Shown: piece after piece, positions 15,466 to 23,703 of the stretch
Position numbering within the stretch: the stretch's first letter is position 1
Layout of the letters: every line of letters begins with the position of its first letter
Virus record (IMG/VR): IMGVR_UViG_3300047160_000628
Location: 1-37,623 of that record
Strand: one strand, 5' to 3'
DNA from: a virus
DNA: 37,623 bases
The notes under the pieces: model-generated
Databases searched by the model: none
Told to the model about the DNA's origin: nothing
Seen by the model: only the letters and a program-made list of their open reading frames with translations
Translations under genes and position numbers: made by a program

Positions 15466-16475
15466 AGGGCCGACAGCGCCGTTGCCACCAGCGTCCGGTA
15501 CGGGTACGTCAGGGTGGCGTCAAACAGCCCCTGAATGACGATCTGATTCGTCGTGTTGGCGGTCTGGTAGATGCCCGGCGTATTCGTGAACCAGTAGCCG
15601 GGGAAGCGGATCTCGTGGCTGTACGGGACAGACGAGGCCGGGATCAGCGTCGGACTGACGGTCTTGAGCGACACGAAGCGGCGGACCGGATCATTGGCCA
15701 GCCAGTTGACGATCTCGGCCAGCGCGGCAGTGGACTTGGCGAAGTTGAAGGTCGCTTGGAAGCCGCGCAGACCGCGCCCGTAGCCTGCCGCCTGAAAGCG
15801 CGTGTTACTGCCATTGGCGAAGGACTTCACGTCGATGTTATTCGAGATCTCGACCGTCGCCCCGTGCAGGGTATTGGTCAGCTTCGTATTGCCCAGCGTG
15901 CCTGCCGTGTCATTGATGTACACGGACGTGTCGGCCATGTACGCCCAGACCGGCTGACTGTCCACGTCCAGCGCAGCCATCGCGTGCGGGTACGCCTCTG
16001 CCGATCCGCGCAGGTCCGCTGACACCTGAATCGGACCCAGATCTTCCGGGTACGTCAGGGTCAGCTTGTCCACGATCACGTCTTCCAGTTGGTACTGGTC
16101 CGTGGTCTCGTCGCCCCACTCGGCTGTGAAGATCTCGAACGCATCCTGCGACTTGGACGCGGGCTGGTAGTCCCAGACGTGCGCCGTGGGCGTGACCCCT
16201 GCCTTCGCGGTCATGGCCCACAGGTACGGCGCATCGTCATACGCCAGTGGCCCGGTCAGCGGACCCATCACGTCGATGCGGGTCCGGTAGGGCGCGATGG
16301 CCTGATCCAGCGTCCCGGTGTCCGTGTCCGGCCACGTCCAGTGCGGATCGATATTCGGTGCGAAGCGTAGCCCGAAGCGTCGGGTCGCTGTGACCGGCAC
16401 ATGGAAGGTCGTCTGCAAGCCCATCTGGAAGGCACGCAGGCGGACATTGCCGGGCAGGGCTGCCACAGGTGACAT
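15462..16475 (-). CDS. Major tail (tube) protein
   Basis: A 337-aa track ORF directly upstream of the chaperone pair. There is no sheath gene nearby. Confidence 0.6.
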   Translation of the reverse strand: MSPVAALPGNVRLRAFQMGLQTTFHVPVTATRRFGLRFAPNIDPHWTWPDTDTGTLDQAIAPYRTRIDVMGPLTGPLAYDDAPYLWAMTAKAGVTPTAHVWDYQPASKSQDAFEIFTAEWGDETTDQYQLEDVIVDKLTLTYPEDLGPIQVSADLRGSAEAYPHAMAALDVDSQPVWAYMADTSVYINDTAGTLGNTKLTNTLHGATVEISNNIDVKSFANGSNTRFQAAGYGRGLRGFQATFNFAKSTAALAEIVNWLANDPVRRFVSLKTVSPTLIPASSVPYSHEIRFPGYWFTNTPGIYQTANTTNQIVIQGLFDATLTYPYRTLVATALSAL

Positions 16476-16933
16476 CAGGATCGTCCCTCCAGTACCACGT
16501 ACGTGTAGTCCGCGACCAGTTGCATGAAGCCTTGCAGCGGACCCTGCGAGATACTCCCCTCACGCAGCCCGATCTCCTGAAAGATGCCGGGCGGCAGGAT
16601 GCGCGCGTTGGCCGTGAAGACTTCGCGCATGTAGTCAGCGAATGAGTTCGCCCGTGTGTTTGCCTCCTCGTTATCGGGCGCCACGTCCACGTACACGATC
16701 TGCCCGGTGAACAGCGTCTGGCGCAGCCCGCTGTCATGGACGATCCGCTCGGTGATCGCAGACAGGTACACCAGCGGGACCTCGCCCGTCAGCGCCTGTG
16801 GGATCTCCGACCACTGCTTCCTGATCACGCCCGGCACGGCTGCCATGAAGCCCGACAGGATCGCAGCGAGGAAGTCGTTCACGTCCTGCCGTGTCGGGTC
16901 CCACGTCGTGGGGATGACCGGCATGTACGTCAT
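16475..16933 (-). CDS. Tail terminator / head-tail joining protein (positional call)
   Basis: A 152-aa track ORF between the gp10-like gene and the major tail gene, overlapping the genes on both sides. Confidence 0.4.
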   Translation of the reverse strand: MTYMPVIPTTWDPTRQDVNDFLAAILSGFMAAVPGVIRKQWSEIPQALTGEVPLVYLSAITERIVHDSGLRQTLFTGQIVYVDVAPDNEEANTRANSFADYMREVFTANARILPPGIFQEIGLREGSISQGPLQGFMQLVADYTYVVLEGRS

Positions 16934-17454
16934 TCGATGATCCCCTCGGCAGCCGCACCGGGGTTGCCGCTATTCCAGACCATCACGATGGCGTCCGCCA
17001 GACCGGCCTTCTGGACCGCGACGCCAAACCCCCGCTCGACGAAGGCATTGACTGGCGTTGCGCCCCGGATCACGCGCTTGGCGAAGACCACGCCCCCCAG
17101 TCCGCCACGGGCTGCGCCACTGCGCACGGACCCGGACAGGCGCCGTCCGGCAGCACTGGCAGCCCAGCGCAGTGCCTTCTTCGTCACGGGCACGATGATC
17201 TGGCCACCCTTCGTGCCGAACTCAACAAAGCCTGCGTAGACGGCACTAATGATGATCTGCGCGTACTCGCCTGTGATCTCGCCCGGATGCACGCTGCGCG
17301 ACAGGTTGTCGGTCTTGCGTGGCGCCTCGATCTTGATCTCCCGGACCGCTGACATCTGGAGCCTGCGCAGGACGGCAGGACCGACCTCGGCTGACCCGAC
17401 AGCCTGTATCCGGCGCTGGAGGGCTGTGTACCCGATCAGGGCGTCATCAGCCAC
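16930..17454 (-). CDS. HK97 gp10-like head-tail joining (neck) protein
   Basis: The motif SAVYAGFVEFGTKGG matches the YAxxVEFGT signature of the HK97 gp10 family. The start is GTG at 17454. Confidence 0.6.
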   Translation of the reverse strand: MADDALIGYTALQRRIQAVGSAEVGPAVLRRLQMSAVREIKIEAPRKTDNLSRSVHPGEITGEYAQIIISAVYAGFVEFGTKGGQIIVPVTKKALRWAASAAGRRLSGSVRSGAARGGLGGVVFAKRVIRGATPVNAFVERGFGVAVQKAGLADAIVMVWNSGNPGAAAEGIIE

Positions 17455-17602
17455 GGATCAGCACCTGCATGGCCGCGATCATCGCAGCAGGTCCACAGGA
17501 CCGGCACAGCCACAGGACGCGCCCGGACAGCGGCAGCGTGACCGGATGGCCACGATGCCGCTGGCAGCGCACACAGGCGATCCTAGACGGGCTGTTGCTC
17601 AT
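17447..17602 (-). CDS. Small zinc-ribbon-like protein (51 aa) inside the head-tail joining block
   Basis: Not in the track. ATG at 17602 shares one base with the upstream TGA (TGATG). The hand translation is MSNSPSRIACVRCQRHRGHPVTLPLSGRVLWLCRSCGPAAMIAAMQVLIRG, ending in TGA at 17447. Its end overlaps the next start by 8 nt. Confidence 0.5.
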   Translation of the reverse strand: MSNSPSRIACVRCQRHRGHPVTLPLSGRVLWLCRSCGPAAMIAAMQVLIRG

Positions 17603-18312
17603 CAGACCGATGCCACCTGTAGGCCGATCTTGAAGTCAGCGATGAAGTCCCGCGCCTCGGGCGGCAGTTGGCTGTACTGCTGGACCGCCCCGCTGGGGGT
17701 GATCGCCACGTCAGCGAGGATCGATCCCGGACGCTCGGTGTAGAAGGCGGACAGTACCTTGACCGCCTGAAGGAACGTGTCGGGCTCCTCGCCCGGCGCC
17801 CAGCCCGCAGACCCCTTGATGTACAGGTCGTTGGGCATCGAGGTCCATGCGTACCCGCCCCCTCGATTGCCGGGGAAGAAGGGACTGTCGAGCAACTTGT
17901 CATACCACAGCGGGTCCGACAGCCACCATGGCGCGTCACTGTCGGCACGCCATGCCCGGAACTGGAGTGCCACGTAGGTCCCGGACATCAGATCGTCTGG
18001 GATGGCCCAGCAGGACGTATTGGGATCGGTGCTGCTGAAGCCCACGGACATGGTGGCGCCACCCCACGTCACGGTATCGAAGGTGCGGAAGCCGGGGATC
18101 GGCACCTGCGCCCGGATCATCGTCGTGGTCCGGTACACGAAGTCCGACACGTCCACCAACTTACGATGCGTCTCGAACTCGAGCTTGGACTGCGCAGCGC
18201 GGATGTTGGAGCCAATGGTCTCGTCGCTGTACCGGCTACTGCTGGGCGGGGTATTCAGTGACATGTAGTCACGCACCTGCGTGGGCGTCACCACCATGGC
18301 CATCTGGCTCAC
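17602..18312 (-). CDS. Head-tail connector (gp6-like adaptor) protein
   Basis: The N-terminus VTPTQVRDYMSLN...SDETIGSNIRAAQSKLEFETHRKL resembles the phage gp6-like connector pattern. It is the first structural gene after the glycosylation cassette, joined by a GTGA overlap. Confidence 0.5.
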   Translation of the reverse strand: MSQMAMVVTPTQVRDYMSLNTPPSSSRYSDETIGSNIRAAQSKLEFETHRKLVDVSDFVYRTTTMIRAQVPIPGFRTFDTVTWGGATMSVGFSSTDPNTSCWAIPDDLMSGTYVALQFRAWRADSDAPWWLSDPLWYDKLLDSPFFPGNRGGGYAWTSMPNDLYIKGSAGWAPGEEPDTFLQAVKVLSAFYTERPGSILADVAITPSGAVQQYSQLPPEARDFIADFKIGLQVASV

Positions 18313-19574
18313 GCTGCCGCCTCCGCCTCAGCCGGGTCCACGATGGCCTGCATCTGCTGGGCAGCCACCGACCACCGGAAGTTCCGCTGGACGTGCAGCA
18401 GCCCGGCCTTGCCCCGCACGCCCAGTTCGTGCTTGTTCTTGATGATCCAGTGCAGCGTGGTGGCGTACTGCTTCTGGTCTGGCGACGCCCACCAGTGGCT
18501 GTACACATTCTCAACGAGGTAGCCCACCGGCACGGTCCAGCCACCGGGACCGATCACCTCGGGCACACTGCTGAAGTCCAGCCCCACGACCGGGGTCCCG
18601 CACGCCATGGCCTCGGCAATGGTCAGCCCGAAGCCCTCGGCTGATGTGCTGACGTACAGGTCCGCTGCCGCGTACATGATGCGCAGAATGCTACGCGGGA
18701 CCCCACCGAACTCATCATGCAGCCCCGTGCTATTCATGCGGTCTGCGATGGGCTGCGGATACTTGCTGCGCTCGTCCAGCAGGTCCCCGCCCTGATCCAC
18801 GGACAGACAGTGCCAGATCAGGCGGGCGCGCGGGAAGACCTCGAGTACCGGGGCGACGGCACGCAGCAAGGCCGGGTATTGCTTGCGGGGCATGTGCCGG
18901 TCCGCGCGGAACATGATGAAGTCATCCTGTGGCCAGCCGAGGAACTTGCGCGCCTCGGCGCGACTGCGGATCACCACGTCCCGCGTGATCGTGCCATCTG
19001 GCCGGGCGCGCCCCACCAGCCGCACAGGCGAGATCTCGTTGATCGGCTTGAAGTCGGTGGTGTTCACCCCGTGATAGACCACGGGCGGGCGCCGTCCCGT
19101 CAACCGCTCGATCTCGCCCGCCCCGAAGTCGCACATGGCGACGGGCTGCACCCTGTCAAAGACTGCCTTCCACGATGGCGGCAGCCCGATCCCCTCGACC
19201 GGGACGTAGAAGTACGTAGGGTGACCCTCGGGCAGGATGGGCAGGATCGGGGACATCTTCAGCGACGCCACGTCCCCGACGATCAGGGTGGCGTCAGGCT
19301 TCCAGCCGTCCTCGAACAGCCCGCCCTCGAACATGGACTTCAGCCTGTCGCGGGTCTGGGGCAGCGACGCCTCGTCCAGCGCCAGCCACCCGGTCTTCTC
19401 GCCCAGCAGCGCGGTCCGGTCACGGAAGGGCGCGGGCAGACCGTCACGGGTGGGCGCCTCGTTCATCGACAGGAAGCGGATGTCCATGCCCAGCGCCAGC
19501 ATCTCGGCGCCCAGATCGATGGTCACGGTCCCGAAGCCGGTCCCACCCATGTCCCCGCAGAACAGCAGCCTCAT
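18309..19574 (-). CDS. GT-B fold glycosyltransferase (GT4 / Glycos_transf_1-like)
   Basis: The motif STSAEGFGLTIAEAMACGTPVVGLDFSSVPEVI is the E-x7-E region typical of GT4 enzymes. ATGA overlap with the upstream gene. Confidence 0.75.
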   Translation of the reverse strand: MRLLFCGDMGGTGFGTVTIDLGAEMLALGMDIRFLSMNEAPTRDGLPAPFRDRTALLGEKTGWLALDEASLPQTRDRLKSMFEGGLFEDGWKPDATLIVGDVASLKMSPILPILPEGHPTYFYVPVEGIGLPPSWKAVFDRVQPVAMCDFGAGEIERLTGRRPPVVYHGVNTTDFKPINEISPVRLVGRARPDGTITRDVVIRSRAEARKFLGWPQDDFIMFRADRHMPRKQYPALLRAVAPVLEVFPRARLIWHCLSVDQGGDLLDERSKYPQPIADRMNSTGLHDEFGGVPRSILRIMYAAADLYVSTSAEGFGLTIAEAMACGTPVVGLDFSSVPEVIGPGGWTVPVGYLVENVYSHWWASPDQKQYATTLHWIIKNKHELGVRGKAGLLHVQRNFRWSVAAQQMQAIVDPAEAEAAA

Positions 19575-20212
19575 GCCAGCGCCGCCATGCGCGCGTCCCA
19601 GCGCGCCCGATCCCGCTCGATCATCGGCTGGAGATCATCGGCTGCCTTCATGTACGACTGCGCCAGCAGATGCCAGACCGGCAGCCCATTGACCCGGATC
19701 ACCGACAGCCCCGCCACCCGCACATCATGCTCGAACTGATCGTCTCCGTACCACCACTGGTACCCCTCGTCGAAGCGGATGGGCAGATCGGACCGGATGG
19801 CGAAGGCAAAGCCGGTCATCCCGTCGTGACCCTGCGCGCCCCATGTCCCGCGCACCTCGGTGTAGGTGCCATCGGTCTGGTAGTCCATGTCGAAGGGCAC
19901 GGACGTATCCGGGCATGACACGCCCACGCGGGGATCAGTCAGCGGAGCGATCAGGGCGTGGATCGCGCCCGGTGGCAGCACCACGTCATCATTCAGCACG
20001 ACCGTGTACCGGGCGCGGTAGACATCACGGGCGATCTGGCAGCCCGTATTCCAGAGGCGGTAGATGGACCAGTCAGGGCCACGGTCGAAGGCATCCGGCA
20101 CCAGCACGACCTGCACCCCGTCCAGACGCAGGGTGGACACCAGCCCTAGCAGCGGGTCGGACTGGTAGCGCGTCGGGATCACGGCTGCGATGGTCACGGC
20201 TGGCCCACCCAT
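19571..20212 (-). CDS. GT-A fold glycosyltransferase (GT2-like)
   Basis: The N-terminus is IAAVIPTRY, and VVLNDDVV is DxD-like. An alternative GTG start at 20197 would give a GTGA overlap with the upstream stop. Confidence 0.6.
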   Translation of the reverse strand: MGGPAVTIAAVIPTRYQSDPLLGLVSTLRLDGVQVVLVPDAFDRGPDWSIYRLWNTGCQIARDVYRARYTVVLNDDVVLPPGAIHALIAPLTDPRVGVSCPDTSVPFDMDYQTDGTYTEVRGTWGAQGHDGMTGFAFAIRSDLPIRFDEGYQWWYGDDQFEHDVRVAGLSVIRVNGLPVWHLLAQSYMKAADDLQPMIERDRARWDARMAALA

Positions 20213-20814
20213 GCGACTGGCATTCCGAACTCACGGGCAGCCGCCTCGGCCTTGAAGGCGCCCAGTGCGTACCCATGGTGCGGATTGTCACCCGTCAGGG
20301 TACCGTCATCCAGCACCGTCCGCGTGTCCCCGGACAGGTACGAGTCCATGCCGACCAGAACGACCTCCGTGCAGCCGATGGCCTGCGCCAGCCGGACAGC
20401 CACCTCGGCTGACATGCTGTACCACGGGATGCCGAAGTCCTCGACCACGATCCGCACCGGATCATACGCCTCGAGGCAGTAGTTCGCCTCCTCGCGGGAC
20501 ACGACCGCGATCTCGTCCGGGGCGGGCGTGATCAGCGCGCATTCGTGACCGGGACCGGGCGGGTGCCACGTCGGGTCATCCCACCTGTGCCCCTGACAGC
20601 CGTCCTTCTGCATGCTGACGATCCGGTACGCAGCCACCAGCGGGCGCACGTGGATGACCGCCCGATTCAGCGTGATGACAGGACCCCAGCCCCAGCCCAT
20701 GAAGGTGTCCTTCGTGACCGCCAGCAGGCTGGGGCCACGGCCCACCACGTAGGCTGGCCTGTCCCGGAAGCGGGACTTGAGTTCGCGCAGGGGATCGGCC
20801 ACCACAGCGATCAC
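20194..20814 (-). CDS. MptE-like / DUF115 (Maf-type glycosyltransferase-like) protein
   Basis: The motifs AYVVGRGPSLL (compare GxGPSL) and VVLVGMDSY (compare the GxD motif) fit the DUF115/Maf family. The likely start is GTG at 20814 (GTGA overlap); the track ORF extends to 20877. Confidence 0.45.
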   Translation of the reverse strand: MIAVVADPLRELKSRFRDRPAYVVGRGPSLLAVTKDTFMGWGWGPVITLNRAVIHVRPLVAAYRIVSMQKDGCQGHRWDDPTWHPPGPGHECALITPAPDEIAVVSREEANYCLEAYDPVRIVVEDFGIPWYSMSAEVAVRLAQAIGCTEVVLVGMDSYLSGDTRTVLDDGTLTGDNPHHGYALGAFKAEAAAREFGMPVAWVGQP

Positions 20815-21539
20815 CTGACCGCTTCCTCGAAGCCAGACCACTTCCACTGCGTGATCTGGCCCGTATCGAACTCCCACTCGGGATTGGCGTGCAGCAGGTC
20901 CAACACATCCTGTGTGGTCACGTCCGGCCAGCGCTTGGACAGGCGCGCCATGATCCGCCTGTGCAGGGCCAGATCAGCCGCATGGTCGATGGTCAGCCGA
21001 TGGTGGGACTCGTCCGGGACCGTGGACAGCACCCTGACCGGGTACTCCTTCGGGCGCCTGTCCCAGAACGCCCCGGTGTGCTCGCGCTCCTCGGTCGTGG
21101 TGGCGTGACGATTCGCCATGTCCAGCGCCCAGCGGGTCACGGCCCATGCGTGCAGTCCGTACGGCTGGCCCGTGGTCCGGGCATAGACCGCCCCGTCGTG
21201 GACGGCATCGAGCACCTGCCGGATCGTATCCGGGTCCATCAGCGGCTGGTCTGCCCCGAGAAAGGCGATGGCCTGCACGTCGTGATAGAAAGCCGCCAGC
21301 CACACCCGGTGCACCACGTCATTGACCGGGCCACGGACCACACTGGCGCCCGCCGATGACGCCACGTGGCCCACGGCAGTATCAGCCGGGTCCCACGTCG
21401 TGGCGACGATCACAGGGGCAACTTTCTTCAGGCGGGACACCTGCCATGCCAGCAGCGGCTGCCCCACCACCTCCGCCAGCGTCTTGCCGGGCAGTCGGTG
21501 CGACCCCTGCCGCGCCTGAATGATGATGGCCTCCTTCAT
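20811..21539 (-). CDS. SpsF/NeuA-family cytidylyltransferase (CTP_transf_3-like nucleotide-sugar synthetase)
   Basis: The N-terminus MKEAIIIQARQGSHRLPGKTL is followed by TEEREHTGAFW and HRLTIDHAADLALHRRI, which resemble the EHVT and RLTVD..D motifs of SpsF-like enzymes. ATG at 21539 gives an ATGA overlap. Confidence 0.7.
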   Translation of the reverse strand: MKEAIIIQARQGSHRLPGKTLAEVVGQPLLAWQVSRLKKVAPVIVATTWDPADTAVGHVASSAGASVVRGPVNDVVHRVWLAAFYHDVQAIAFLGADQPLMDPDTIRQVLDAVHDGAVYARTTGQPYGLHAWAVTRWALDMANRHATTTEEREHTGAFWDRRPKEYPVRVLSTVPDESHHRLTIDHAADLALHRRIMARLSKRWPDVTTQDVLDLLHANPEWEFDTGQITQWKWSGFEEAVR

Positions 21540-22171
21540 CCGACCCCAGCCTCGATCCGGCTGTACAGGCGCGTGGACTCCTCGGCAATGGCCTCGTACT
21601 TGCTGTGGATCAGATACGCAGACCGGGGCGCCTTCGGCAGCCATGGGGTCCCGCGCGTCAGCGCCTCGGGCACCCCGTCCAGCATCACCTGCTCGTGGAC
21701 CGGCTTGTACCAGACGCCAGCCTTGCGCCTGAATAGGCGGCAGTGCCAGTGCTCCTCGTATTCGTCACCCTGATGTCCGTCGAAGTAGTTCTGCGTGAAG
21801 TACAGGTACCCACGCGGGGCCGGGTAGCCCGTCCCCTGCCAGCGCACGTCCTGCTGCACCGGGTCCTGCGTCACCAGCCGGATGTGCTCCATCATCGCCA
21901 CGGACGGCACTTCGTCCGGGTCCAGATGCAGCACCCAGTCCCCGGTGGCCACCGGGATGGCGGCATTCCGGGCTGTGGCGAAGTCATCCACCCACGTGAA
22001 GGGGACCAGCACCGTGTCCCGCCACTGCTCCATGATGCTGACCGCCTCGGGCAGCGTCCGGTCATCGACCACAATCACGGTCTGCTGCACGAACGGGCGG
22101 ATGTACTCCACCAGCGCTGTCAGCCGGTCGATGGGTGGGTCCTTGACGAGGAACGCTGCCGAGACGGTCAT
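21536..22171 (-). CDS. GT-A fold glycosyltransferase (GT2-like)
   Basis: Motifs are VSAAFLVKDPP, TVIVVDDRT, WVDDFATARNAA and GDWVLHLDPDE. It starts 18 nt after the capsid gene stop, preceded by CAGCGACAGGTGA. Confidence 0.7.
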   Translation of the reverse strand: MTVSAAFLVKDPPIDRLTALVEYIRPFVQQTVIVVDDRTLPEAVSIMEQWRDTVLVPFTWVDDFATARNAAIPVATGDWVLHLDPDEVPSVAMMEHIRLVTQDPVQQDVRWQGTGYPAPRGYLYFTQNYFDGHQGDEYEEHWHCRLFRRKAGVWYKPVHEQVMLDGVPEALTRGTPWLPKAPRSAYLIHSKYEAIAEESTRLYSRIEAGVG

Positions 22172-22189
22172 GGGATCACCTGTCGCTGA

Positions 22190-23689
22190 CTAGGTGGTGA
22201 GGGTGGTCATGTACTGGAAGGCACCGACAGCCACGGCGGTCTTCGGGTTGAACCCGATTTCCTCCTCGGCACGGAAGCCAATCAGGTTGTAGTCCCAGCG
22301 GGTCCCAGCCTGATCGGACGTGTCGATGCGGAATTCCATGCCCCGGTACAACTTCGCCTGCTTCCAGTCGCCAGCGATGGCGAGCGGAACGATGGACGCG
22401 TTGGTCCCGAGGTTGGCGTCGTACCGGACCGGGACGCCCCAGAAGGACAGCCCGCCGTACGGGGTGATGTCGCCCGGTCCGCCTGTCGGAGACAGGAAGA
22501 AGCCCGCCGTGTCCGTGCCCTGCGCAGCCACCGTCCAGAAGGTGGTGGCGTCGATGACCACGGCTGTGGCGCGCTGAGACCGTCCGGCCAGCGCCCCGAA
22601 CAACTTCGCCAGCCCAGCGGCAGCCGATCCCGCGAGGGTATTCGGTCCAGCCGTGGGGGTGAAGGTGGACTTGTACAGCGGGTCTGCCGCCTGAAGGGCG
22701 GTCAGGATGCCCGTGGGCGTGTCGGTCCCGGCAACGCCAGTACCGCCCGCGCCCACCGCCATGTAGTAGTTCTCGCCCAGAACGGCTGCCCGAGTGAGTT
22801 CGTCCATGACATCCGTCTCGGCAGCGCCCGCGCTGAAGCGCGCGTACTGCTTGGAGATGTCCATGACACGGGCGATGGTGCACAGGTACGCAGCGTACGT
22901 GCCGTACGCCTCGTCCAGATTCTCCTTCAGCGTGCCCCAGTTGGACACGACCATGCGGGGCGGAGCCCCGGTGCGGTAGGGCTGATCCACGCCCCGGACC
23001 GCCACGCCATTGATGACCGTGACCAGCGTCTGGTAGACGGCCTCCTGCGTGTGCGGCTTGACCACCGTGTCCACGAGGTTATTCGGCAGGACGTAGCCGC
23101 CTGCCGACCCCGGTGTACCGAGGGTGGCCTTGCCTCCGCCGTCCACGAACTGGTAGCCCGTGGCGAGGTCGGCCTTGCCTGCGTAGGCACTGAACTGCGC
23201 CATCGCAGCCTTGCCGCGCAGGATCGCCTCGAGGTCCGGCGCCGTGGTCATCCCGTCGATGCCGTGGACATCGAGCAGGGCGGTCAGCCACTCGCCAGCC
23301 TTGTACTTCGTGAACGCCGCGTCCATCGACGGAAAGGGGCTGATGATCGCGTCCGCCTTGCGACGGGACCCGCCACCAGACCTGTCCAGCGGTCCACCCT
23401 GCCCGATCTCGCCTGCGCGGGACGGGCTGTACTGGTGGACTGCCGCCTTGAAGCGCTCGAACTCCTCGGCCTGCTTGTCCAGCCGCTTCTGGAGATCGGC
23501 CTTGCGCTTCTTCTTGCCCTGACGCTGGTCTGCGTCAGTCAGCCGGGCTGCTGTGTCACGCAGCCCATCAGCGGCAGCGGCCTTGCGGCCACCGTCGCTG
23601 CGCGATCCATCCTCGAACCGCGCGATCAGGTCCCGCATGTCCTGCGTCGCCTGACCGATCTCGCGGGCGAGGTCCTCGTTCTGGCCCAT
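22190..23689 (-). CDS. Major capsid protein, HK97 fold, with an N-terminal coiled scaffold-like (delta) domain
   Basis: A 499-aa ORF after the protease gene, with GAGGAG upstream. The charged helical N-terminus runs for about 110 aa. It is followed by typical capsid-family sequence (GGYVLPNNLVDTVVKP..., ...WDYNLIGFRAEEEIGFN). Confidence 0.75.
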   Translation of the reverse strand: MGQNEDLAREIGQATQDMRDLIARFEDGSRSDGGRKAAAADGLRDTAARLTDADQRQGKKKRKADLQKRLDKQAEEFERFKAAVHQYSPSRAGEIGQGGPLDRSGGGSRRKADAIISPFPSMDAAFTKYKAGEWLTALLDVHGIDGMTTAPDLEAILRGKAAMAQFSAYAGKADLATGYQFVDGGGKATLGTPGSAGGYVLPNNLVDTVVKPHTQEAVYQTLVTVINGVAVRGVDQPYRTGAPPRMVVSNWGTLKENLDEAYGTYAAYLCTIARVMDISKQYARFSAGAAETDVMDELTRAAVLGENYYMAVGAGGTGVAGTDTPTGILTALQAADPLYKSTFTPTAGPNTLAGSAAAGLAKLFGALAGRSQRATAVVIDATTFWTVAAQGTDTAGFFLSPTGGPGDITPYGGLSFWGVPVRYDANLGTNASIVPLAIAGDWKQAKLYRGMEFRIDTSDQAGTRWDYNLIGFRAEEEIGFNPKTAVAVGAFQYMTTLTT

Positions 23690-23703
23690 GCCAGTGAACT
23701 CCT

